Of a stretch of 64,000 bases of DNA, positions 24,901 to 36,900 are shown piece after piece. Under the pieces are notes generated by a model. That model did no database searches. It was not told the origin of the DNA and saw only the letters and a list, made by a program, of their open reading frames with translations. The DNA comes from Octopus sinensis (Eukaryota): positions 1,054,001 through 1,118,000 of the forward strand of contig NC_043013.1 of the NCBI RefSeq assembly GCF_006345805.1, in the 5' to 3' direction. Both the position numbers and the translations under genes were made by a program. Numbering within the stretch: the stretch's first letter is position 1; each line of letters opens with the position of its first letter.

Positions 24901-27900
24901 AACAGAAATATGGTAAGAAAAGGGTTAAAATATGTAACAGAGAAACAATTCTTAAATGAAAAAGATTTCTTACACAAGCAAAAGGATTCAAGACTATAAA
25001 GGATTGGTCATTTCTCTTTTTTTTAAGGTTTTAAGTGAATTAAATTAGAAGACCAGAGGAATGATATTTTACATTATTTTACAAAATTAATCCTCTCGCA
25101 TTTGAACCGACCCAAATATTTTATCTGTTTTATGCTTAACCCTTTAAACCAGTCACATCCAACCAAAATATTCTCCCTGTTTTATGTTCAAAGTAGATCC
25201 AGCCTGGCCCATCTACCCTACAATATCAATCTAAGAATAAAACAATCATACCATTGATATCTTGAAGCTTTGGAATAATGCACGGTTAATTCAAAATGAT
25301 GTAAATAAACAAGCATTACATTTGACAAAGAAATACAAATGCTTAAAGGGTTAAACCACCCATATTAGATCTCTCACACCTACCCTATAATGTCCTAAAA
25401 AAAAAATATCACATCAAAAGCTCAAAGCTACAAGATAATGCAGGATTAATTCAAAAGGATGTGAATAAATAAGGATTAATATTTGATATAGAGAAATCTG
25501 AATGCTTAAGGGTTGAAACAAGGCGACAAATTTGCAAACAATCAAGGCAGGAAGTAAGAAATCCCTAGTGCAAGGATGAACGGTAAAGTTGAGCTTAGGT
25601 GCAACACAATGTACCGATATGAAACTGAATTGCATTAAGTAGTCATGGTTAAAAGTTCACCTCACAACCATGTGGTTTAGGGCTCAACCCGTTGCACACA
25701 CATTGTCTGTGAAGGAAATCTGGCAAGCAGAACCTCAGAAGAAGCCCGTTCTGTACGTGTGTGTGTGTGTATGTGTGTTAGTATGTGCATGCATGTATAT
25801 TGCATGTCCCCCTTGTCTTGACAGACACACACTAATTGTAAGCCAAAAGTTAGTGCCATACAAACAGCGTCACTTGTTTACAATTCCCCTACAAAAGCAT
25901 GTCCACCTACTAAGCTATTTGCTTGGATACTTCACATGAAAGCAGATGAGGGTTGGCAACTGGGAGAGCATCCAGCTGTAGAAACATCTGCTATGCACTC
26001 TTGATTCAAGAGTGATGATGCCAAAGTTTCATCATTTCACATCACTAATATTCTATGTCAGCCTTCTCTGCTGGCATCGGCTGCAGTGTTCAACTGGATC
26101 CAATACATCGAATGACCATGTTATATTCCAATGTCTAAATTTTGCAGGGTTTCTACAGCTGGATGCCCTTCCTAATGCCAACCACTTTACAAAGCAATGC
26201 TGGGTGCTTTTTCATGGAACCAGAAAGGTTAAGCATGGTGAGAAGAACAGATTTAATGTTATTGTGAGAGTGTGCTACTGGGAGAGAAAGAGAGGAGAGA
26301 AGGTGGTAGGGGTGATCCGGTGCTATCTCTTGATAAAAAAGAAAATGCAGACAGAAGGTGAGGGACAGGGTTATGAGAGCAAAAAGAGATAGGATCAACA
26401 CTGATCCAGGGAAGCTGAGAGGACAGGGACATTACAGGTTAAAATGGGAGATTGGGGTTTGATGGAAGAGGGCAAAGAGGGAGAAATGAGTGTTCAGGTT
26501 GTGTGGAAAGGATGGTGAGAAGTTGTAAGGAGAGAGACTGCTGACAGAAAGAATTGTAGGGGAGCAAAGAGTGAATGCAGATTAAATAATAATGATAATA
26601 GTATCTTACTTTGTTGCTTGGATCATGGAACATGCGAGTAAATATTTCCGTCACCTTCCTTAATTCCACTCGACTGAAATAAACATTGGAAAAATATATT
26701 TCACTTAAAATCTCATACAAAGAATTCATTCTAAAAGCTTCAAATATTTTTACAGACAATAGTATGCTAATACTTGCTTTGAGACATTATATTACCTTAA
26801 AAATGCAATTAAATCCTCAGGTATTTTCAAATATATGTTAAACATATCAGACTACTGAACTTACTTGTAGCTAAATTACAGATGGTCTAAGAATGAATGC
26901 TTCTTACCCTTTCATGACTATAGCTTTTTGCTTAATTGATAATTTAAGATGTCATTTTGATATTTTATATTTTGATTTTTAACCCCTTTGCATTGAAACC
27001 GGACACGTCTGGCCTCTTATACCAACCCTACAATGGCTTCCTAAAATTAAACAAGCACATCATCGAAATTCTGAAGCTATGGGATAATACCTGCTCTGAA
27101 TGCTGAAGGGTTAAATTTACTCATAAAAGAATATAAGGAGTCATCTCCTATATTATTTTTATTAACATATCCTAACTGAACTACCAGCATGCCTAGACAA
27201 TATAGAAGTCACCCCATTGGGAGATATGATATGCTTGAGAAGACCTGTTGAGTCAAGTGAAATTGAAATCATCGTCATGGCCAATGCCGCATGACTGGCA
27301 CGTAAAAAGCACCATCCAAATGTGGTCGATGCCGGTGCCCCTTGACTGGCTCCCATGCCGGTGGCATGTAAAATGCACCCACTACACTCTCAGAGTGGTT
27401 GGTGTTAGGAAGGGCATCCAGCTGTAGAAACCTTGCCAGCTCAGATTGGAGCCTGGTGCTTGCCAGACCTCAGTCAAACCATCCGACCCACGCCAGCCTG
27501 GAAAGCAGACATTAAACGATGATGATGGTGATGATGATGTTCCCAGTCCTGCCTGCCATGTTTGTGGTGGCTTTCAAAATATATCACAGGGATAAATATA
27601 GCAAGATTTAAATCTAGAAGTTCACTACCAAGGATTTGGGAAAACAACATGGCAGGTTACTGCTAGATGACATATCATGAGGATTCAAATTTACATTTAC
27701 AAGAGAGAGGCCGATTTATCTCGGAGTGGTTGGCGTTAGGAAGGGCATCCAGCTGTAGAAACACTGCCAGATCTGACTGGCCTGGTGTAGCCTTCGGGCT
27801 TGCCAGACCCCAGTTGAACCGTCCAACCCATGCTAGCATGGAAAGCGGACGTTAAACGATGATGATGATGATTTTATTTCAGAATATGCAAGTACTACAT

Positions 27901-30900
27901 ACATATATACTCAAACAAAAATAAAACAATATTTCTAAGGCAAAAAAAAGAAGAAAGAAAAACAAGATAACAAGAAATGAAAGCCGAATATAAAAATCAA
28001 TATCAAAACTTTCCTTAATTTTCATCTTTGACAAAAACAAAAAATTTGATTTTGTTGATGCGAGTTATCACTGCCCTAGATACCATTTAAGAGTAGTAAT
28101 CAGAAAAATTTTCAAAACGAATTTTTTTAGTTAAATTTTAATGAAGATTGACTCAAGGTGAAGGGGATAGAACTAAAAAGCCCAAGCTACACTGTACTCA
28201 CTTAAGAACACGTGCACCCAATAACACATTCTTCAATCCATAAAGGCCTTCTTTACGTTCAGTATGAGAGCTGCTTGATAAGCTTCGAATGATTTCATAA
28301 ATATCCTGTAAAACAATAATTAAGATACCCTGTCATTATTACGTCTTTACAATATGTGTCTATGATGGAGAGAGAAAAATGAGACTGCAACACAATAAAA
28401 CTGAGGTGGGTGATTTATAAACATCAAAAACTGAAAAAAGCCACAATCAAATAAACGAAACAACTAAAAGCTTTTCAATATAAAACGTTGCAGCCTTCCA
28501 GTGCATTGGGGGGGGGGAGACAAAAAAAATGCCAATTAGGAAACAAAATAGTAATTTACTTTTGAATTTTCATTTTCAGATTTTAATAACTTCAAGTGCA
28601 CAGGTGTAATAAGATTAAGAGCAGCTATCTTAACACATTAATCTCATTTATAATCTTCACTTTAAATGTTGAAAAATAAATAAATTAAGCAATTCATGCT
28701 GTGTTCTTTAAAAAAAATTAAGATCATATTTTTTTTAAAAAGTGGAGGGAAAAAGGACTTTAACCAAAAACTCTTCTGAAACATTGAAACAGCAGAAGAA
28801 AAAATAATTAATGAATACATAAAAAAGCTTTGACTGAAATCGCATAAAAAAAATTTTTTTTTTAAATTTTTATTTCTTATTGGCTTCATATTTTGGCACA
28901 AGGCCAGCAATTTTAGGGGAGGAGGTAAATCAATTACACTGAGCCCAGTGTGCAACTAGTACTTATTTTCTCATACCCTGGAAGGATGAAAGGCAAAGTC
29001 AACCACGGCAGAATTTGAACTCAGAACATAAAGACAGATGAAATACTGCTAAGCATTCTACCCAGCACAGAAATGGTTCTGCCAGCTCACCACTCTTTCA
29101 TTTCTTACAGTCATAAAAGTCCATTTTGAAATCATGACAGATAAAAATCAGATTCATAGTCCAAATTCTACACAGTCTTTGCATTATATTCTGTTAGTGT
29201 ATAAGCCCTCATCTAGGTGACTGTTAGGTAAGGTGTCAGTCCCAATTCATGCTAGGAAGGGAATCAATTCATCAAAATGAAAACATCTACACTTACAACA
29301 GACCCATCCAACCCATGCTAGCAACGAGACCCATGTGCTGTGTGCACTCAAGTATGAATTATAGTTAACTATACTAGGCAAAAATGTCCATCACTTTAAC
29401 AGTGTTAGTAGATGCAAATGAACAAGAAATACGACTAGTTATGGCTTTCAACTACTCTCATGATCACACTACTGGGAGAAATTAGTATGGATCGGGCTCT
29501 CACCAAGTTTCTGATACATGCTGGCTCTTATTATTATTATTATTATTATTACTTATAAGTGATCACTGGTGATTAATAGCCAACGATGATGTGTCATTCT
29601 TATAACATTAATTAATGAGAGCACTAATGACCTGCAACATAAATGCATATCATCCAATCTGCAGGTTTATGGTCTGTTCAATAAGAACTGGTCCAACATC
29701 TCCAGGTAATGCTTCTAAATAATTAAATCAATATTTTCAAGTTGGTTTTTCGGGAAACTCTCAGTTCTCCAGTAAAGCTATTTCCATTCTGTTTTAACCA
29801 TTATGATCAAGAAGAGATGACAATTCACCAGGCAAAAGCTAATTGGCAACAGTTGTAGAAATACACTGAACTGCCATTTTGTGATCATTCCAGTATGTGA
29901 AGGACATTGATTTAAGGGTTTTAAAATTCAGAATTTGTTTGTTTTATTGAATCCTTGAGAAAAAAAGCTGCCAAAATTCAAACTGAATAATGTAAAGATA
30001 CCATAAATTTGATTCAAATGCACAAATGAATGCATTTCTTTATTATCATTTGCATGTATGCATACATCTTGTAGCGTATGCATTGCATTCCTTCATAGTG
30101 CCTAAGCTCTAGCAATGAACATTATTATTGCTCGGCTAAATTCATTTTCTTTCTTTTTTTTTTTATCAATAAAGCAAAGCAAAAACAAAACCCACCAACA
30201 TAAAACAGATTTTCATAGGCTGCCACAATACAAAGTGTTTGCTAGTTTCATTGAAAAATAATGATTTTTATTTATTTATTTTTTTTTTTTCTGGTGGACC
30301 CCATCTAAAAAAATATTGATTTTGGACAGAGAAAATAATGAAAAATACTGTCCAGTACAAGCAGGCATGCAAAATAACCAAGTAACATATTCAGAAAGCT
30401 AAGAAAGAAAATAATAAAAGTCCAATCTTCACAAAGAACGTTACCTGCTCATTTGCACTAGAATCTTTGCTTTGCGAATCTCCTCTCTCCAGGAAAGAAA
30501 GCAAGGAATATCAACAAATTGTTAGTTTGTCTGAGAAACAGTTGCTATTGTTAAATTACATATAAGTTAAGAGGAGAAAAAGATAGACATAATGCAAAAT
30601 TGAAAAGGAAAATGTGCCCATAGTTAAAATAAACTAATATACCATTTCACCAACTTATGTGTCATATAATCATAATAGAATGTGTGTGAGAAAGTAATTC
30701 ATCAAAAGTATTAAGAAACAAGAAATGCAGTGTGAACTTATTACTTCTTGACTCAATAGACATCCAATCCGAGATTTGCAAAGGTAGATTGGTGGCACAT
30801 TTGGTGAGATCTTTTGGTTAGATTTGAATTTTATGGATATGCTCATGAGAAATAGAATTCTAAAGTTCATAATGACAAAAGTTTAAAAATAAAATCTGTC

Positions 30901-33900
30901 AGGAGGTTGTTGTTGTTGTTATATATTTCAAAAACATTATTTAAGGAAGAAATATCAAGGAAAACTTAAGTAAAAGGAAGCCAGAAATGGCAAATGGTGG
31001 GCCTCTTAATGTTTGAAAGGAGGGGAAAAGAGACACAAAAACAAACAAAACTACGAGGGTGAGTCAAAAAGTAATGCCATTTTGTTTAGGACAGGTATAA
31101 TTACCAACACAGGAACATGTATCATTCATCAAAATGAAGCTGGTCCTCTGTGAATCACATCCCTACTTCTCAACATAGTCACCGTTTCTCTCAACAGCAA
31201 TGTTCCACCTTCGAATGAGAGCTTGTATCCCTGCCCTGTAAAATTCTTTTGACTGTTCTTTGAGCCACTTCTTCACTATGAAGTCAAAGAGACAACACCT
31301 TCTTTTGAAGGCTCGTAACAGGTGAGGAAACATGGGTTCATCATTATGAACCAGAATCAAAGAGGCAGTCAATGGAATGGTGCTACTCTATATAACCACG
31401 ACCGAAAAAGTTCAAGACGCAAAAATCATGGTGACTGTCTTTTGGGATGCTCAACGTCTCATTCTGATCGATTTCTTGGCAAAAGGAAAAACAAACTCAT
31501 AATAATCCTCATTTTGATGAATGATACATGTTCCTGGGTTGGTAATTGTCCTAAACAAAATGGCATTACTTTTTGATTCACCCTCGTAAATACTGAAAGA
31601 GAAGAATTTTAAGAAAACAAGAAACCGAAACTGGTTTTATAAACAAAACCAGCTATTTCAAAGTAGAGGATAATAATCATCAAATCTCAAACACAAACGA
31701 GATTTGAAGATTTAAATTGATTAATACTGCAGAATTTTTTCTTTCAAATAAATCCAAATGAATATTCCTTTTCTTCTGAAGAGTTCCATATTTTGTCTCT
31801 AATAGTTTGCACTTCATTGCAATTGAAATAAAATCATTTACCGGTTACCAATAGATATCTGCTGCTTTCCAAGACAATAAGTATCAAAGTTATGAAGGGG
31901 ACATATATGAGGAAACCTCCCATCCATAATAATCACACACACAAATAAGGACCACTTCAGAAATGAGGGAAAACTCATATCGATATATTTCAAAGAAAAT
32001 AAGATAGTGCTGTGTTAATCAATTTAAAGATTTCTTCTCTTTTCCTTTGATCCTGCCTTCAGAAATAAATCTTTACAAATGATTTTCACTTTCTTATTCT
32101 TCAGCATTCCTCTTTTAAGAGAAACAAAATTTCTGTACTGTCATATCAGCTTCTTTAAAAATTTAGTTTTCATATCTTGTCTTTTTTTAAAATATTAACA
32201 CAGTAAAAAAAACAATCTGGGGACATCCCTTGGTTATAGTCAAAAAACAATCTCTCTCTGTTAAAGCTTTCCTTTTTTATTATTATTTTTATTCTATTTT
32301 ACATATTCAAAACCTATAAAACTTGAGAACAGATTTGTTTCTAATGTTAAGATTTGTGGCTAAAACCCAATGAATATGATTCTGTGAGCCACATTTCACT
32401 TGCAGACTAATTTTCACCAGTGGCTGCCCCAATGACCCTAAATAAAACCAGACAGCTTTTGTTATTTATAAGATTGTCAAACTATACCTAGTTACCTGCT
32501 GTTCAATTATTTCCATTTTCGGGCAATAAATAATCAAGAAGATGCCCTCTTCTTAATGACTGATGGGAAAAAAACATAGAAACTGCAAATAAGACCGTTT
32601 TCAAGATGTGTTCCCAGACACATTTCAGTGAATTAGAATTAAATCTATTCAGGAAGTATGCAATACTTTTGTGATAATTAGGAAATTAAGCTGTAAAAAG
32701 GAAGAATGGCTTTAAAGAGAAAATGTAAACAGCTAAGTAGTACTTACCTCTGATGTACGGCCATAAGAACTGAAGGAACGCTCTGAGCAAAGACTTGAAG
32801 TTTCACTGCCAGCATCATCAGAATCGTAACTCTCATACCTTTTGCGTAGAGATGATTGCTGTTGGGATATAAAAGAATATAGAAAGAAATAAGTGAAACA
32901 TTAGCAACGACTGTGAAAATAGAAGAGAAATTGATAGAACATGCTAGGATTATAAGTACTGGTTTTGAATACTTGGTTGGTATCTCATATGGATTTCACT
33001 TTGATGAGAGTGATGTGTCAATGTATAGATGTCAGTATGTAGCATGGTGGGGAGTGAGATGTGCAGCCTGTGCAGCAGGTTGGTGTGTGATGTGTACAGA
33101 AGGTGCATATGATATGCATGCATGAGAGTATGGTGACATTAAATGATGGAGGAGAAGCATAGAGTGTGAGGGAGCAGAGCACGAAGGCAAGGACATTCCA
33201 TGTGCAGTGCATCACATACACCAGTTGGGCAACAAATTGTACACTGGGACCAGCCCGATGGGTAGATGGGGGTCAGTGATGTATGCCACACAAAACGGGT
33301 TTACTGATGATGGACTAGGTGTGTGTGTGTGGGGGGGGTAGGTATTAATGTGCAATGTGTGTTTGCATGTGGGAAGAGGAGTCAGTGTATGATGGATGCA
33401 GAATGTAGTAGAGACATGTTGTGTATGTGATGCTCTATAAGCACCACAAGACACGAGTGTGGCTGCTGTCTTTAACCCAGGGTGTATTGGGGTGAGAAGA
33501 AGTTGAAGGAGTTCTAGCAGTTGAAAACAGAGTTTAAAGAGCTGAATTCAAAAACATAAGTTCCATAGCAAGCACTATTAATAAGAGAAATAAATCAGAA
33601 CATTTTTAAATAAACAAAAGTTAAATAAATAGCATACAAATGAGAGAAAATGCAAGCTGTAGTTGATTAAAGGAAGAATGTAACTGCATGTACAGATGGG
33701 GTTTGGTGAGATGGGTTTACAAAGTTTCATATTAGTTGGAGAAAGAGTACAACAATACACAGATTATAAAGAATAATTATTAAGTTCCCTAGCAAGCACT
33801 ATTAATGCAGAAATAGATCAGAAATTTTTTAATAGATGGACAAAAATAAACAAAACAACATAAAATTAAGGGTCACATATGAAGCCTTATTTGTTATGAA

Positions 33901-36900
33901 AGTAAGTTTGCATTAAAAAGATATGAACATCTTAAATTAAATAAAAAAGAAAAATATCGTCAATTGTTGTTCAAGACTGAGAATGGTTTGGTAACAAGTC
34001 CCAGGATGTTAGTGATTGTTTAGGGTGCCAAAGTGGTAGTGAGAAGACATAGGCAACATTTTGTCCATCGCCACCCTTTGACCCAGCTTGACATTCAAGT
34101 TGATGTGATAGGCATAGAAAGAGGTGGGTGGCAGTGAGAACTGAACCAGCACATGACTCATGTTCATGCCATTTGAGTAAACTAAAGTAATGTGAAATGA
34201 AATGCCTTGCTCAAGGACACAGCCTGCAACCTTCTTCAGTATATGAACCCATGACTTTGTGGTTATAAGTTAAACACCCTAACCACTAAGCCATGCACAT
34301 TCACACTATAACAAATAAACCAGTATTCCATCCACTCCCGCCCTGTCATTAACTTTTACTAGTTGAACTACTAATATGAACAAAAGACTTTTTACTTGAA
34401 TCAGGGCATAGAACTGTCCTAAGAAACCCGACTACTTTTCAATAAAAAAAAAGAAATACAAAACCCAAATTTACTTGATTTCTAATAGTTAACTGCTTTT
34501 GTGGTCGAATACGACACTGCAGGTGTTACTAAATTAATTAACAACTGACAAACATCTCACCTAGATATGTACAACTTAACATTTAAAATTAATCCCGTTT
34601 GCAAACATTTACATGCATACTAAGTGCTTCAACAAAAGGCAACATGCAACAGATTAAATGTTTAAACCAGGCTTCACTTATGTTTCACCTGGTACATACA
34701 AACACACTTTTCATAAAGAATGTACAGCATGAGTATGTAAACATTAAAACCTGTATAATTTAATGTATTTTAACTTAAATACTGAGCAAAATTCTGATAT
34801 TGTTATAATTGCTGCAGTTTTATTTTTGGTAAATCTCTATTTTGCCCAAATACATAGATTTACTGTTTTTGAGCAAAATTCTGATGGCTAGAAAAGTAAA
34901 GTTCGTAGTTTAGAAGACAGATTGAACAGCAAAACAAATCATTTTATTCCTCAACCAAGCAGAAAATATAGAAGGCCATCAAGCTGAAAAGCATTCTGTC
35001 CATCACCCTCAGATCTGGCTAAATATAAACAAAGATTTAGTAACTATAAGATGAAGCACTGTGTAGAATCATAAAAATTATATATTAGTAGTTGAATAAT
35101 TAAGATGTGAAAGCTACTTTTAGGAAAGATGGTTAGTATTAGAATAGCATTAGTATGACTAAATATTTAGTGGAGAAATGGAAACAAATGAAAATTTGTC
35201 TTGATATGAATGAATTAAGGACATGGAAGTAAGGAAAATGGTCAGATACCCCCATTGAAACTTGCTTAAGAAATTGAAAAACACCAAGATCAGCTCATGT
35301 AAGGCATTGATTTTTATTTATTTAGCTTAAAGAAAAAGTAATCAACATCATCAAAACCTGTTTTCTTCTTCCTTCTCTATACATCAATGATCTACTTGCT
35401 GCCACAGCCTTCATTCGTTCCTACCTTTCCTTGAGCATGGAGCACACACACTCACACACACGTTTTACAAATCACATATTAAACCTACATTCATTCCATA
35501 AACAAAGATCTTTGAGAGCATCCTCTGATGTGGTTATACAAATTTTGTCTCTTAACATTGAAAAAAAAACAAAAAAACTTAGGCACCACTGCCCCACACA
35601 CCCTCAAAATGTGTAGCATTCAATTCAAGCTCTCACAGTCACTCCAAATGCTAGACCTCACTATTATTGAGTCTCTCTCGGTGAAAGTAAATCCTTAGTA
35701 GAGCATCCCAAAAACTAACCCTTCATCAGAGCCAGAAGATATCTTAGCCCCCAACAGCTTCTGACACTCTATAAGGGTCAAGTGAGGCTCATAAAGGACT
35801 ACTGCACACTCACATTTGGAGTGGTGTTGCTGCTACCACACTCACAGACATCCTATGGCTTGATACAGACATACATGTAATTGTTGGAATTAAGTTGTGA
35901 TAATGTTACTGAACTGTAAGTTTCATAATGTTTCTTTAGCCACAAATATGTTTCTAATTATGAAGGTGTTCTCATAACGAATGCTAGAGAGTCATCACCT
36001 GTAACACTCTAGTAGAGAAAAGTGGCAGAAACTTGGGGCTGTGAGAGAGAGCATCAGAGAGATGGTTTGGTCAGATTCAGCTCTGTTGATCCGATTGTCT
36101 AAATGAACATTAGACAAAAACCTTTGGAGGATGGACTTGGAAGAAATTTCCACTCAATTCAGTCAACCAATACAAATTAAGGAAAAAGAAAACTTTAAAA
36201 AAACGTAGTGAAAAGAAAAAGAAACAAACAAATAAAAACATAGATCTTGAAAGAAATGAAAAAAAAGGCAGACAACACAAACATGGATGCTAAATAAATT
36301 AGTATAAAATGTCGAATTTTTGTTTAGCTGAAAACATTTGACAAATTAAACTCATGCTGGACGATACTTTATGGACAGCAGCAAACATAGGATTAACGTA
36401 GCTCACCTGGCCGAGGCCACGCTGTGTTATATCTCCCTGAAATAAAATCAAGCAGTTTTAGGATCTGTTCTTTAGAAAACAAGCTAGAGTTTGTAATATT
36501 TGTTTAGAATAAACAAATAAGATATTTAGATACATTTGGTTATTAAAATGTGGAAAGCAGAGTGTCAAGAGACAACTGATAAAAATTACCTTTAAAAAGA
36601 AAATGTTTATAGAAGACAAAAAGACTTTAAAAGTTAGAAAATGCATTAAAAAAAAAATGAAATAAGCTGGGGTTTTTTTTTATAGAAATTGTTGATCATT
36701 TGTGTGAAGTGAATAAGATTCAAGTTAAAATCTAATCATACAGCAAGTAACAGCAACAGAGAATATGAAGAATAATTTTAATGTTTCACTTTAGCAATAT
36801 AGGTGGGGGGGGTGGATATAATTCTCTAGCAGATACATTTCCCTAGAAGATCTAATTCTTTGGGAGATAAACTAAAATGGAGACAAATATCTATTACATG

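Noticed and set aside
32990-33460. G/T-rich strand-biased tract next to an exon
   Set aside because: Looks like a decayed TG-type simple repeat; the overlapping ORFs are compositional artefacts.
33557-33850. About 60-bp direct repeat 224 bp apart (a similar 74-bp-period duplication lies at 497-610)
   Set aside because: Ordinary local duplications with no termini, coding potential or structure.
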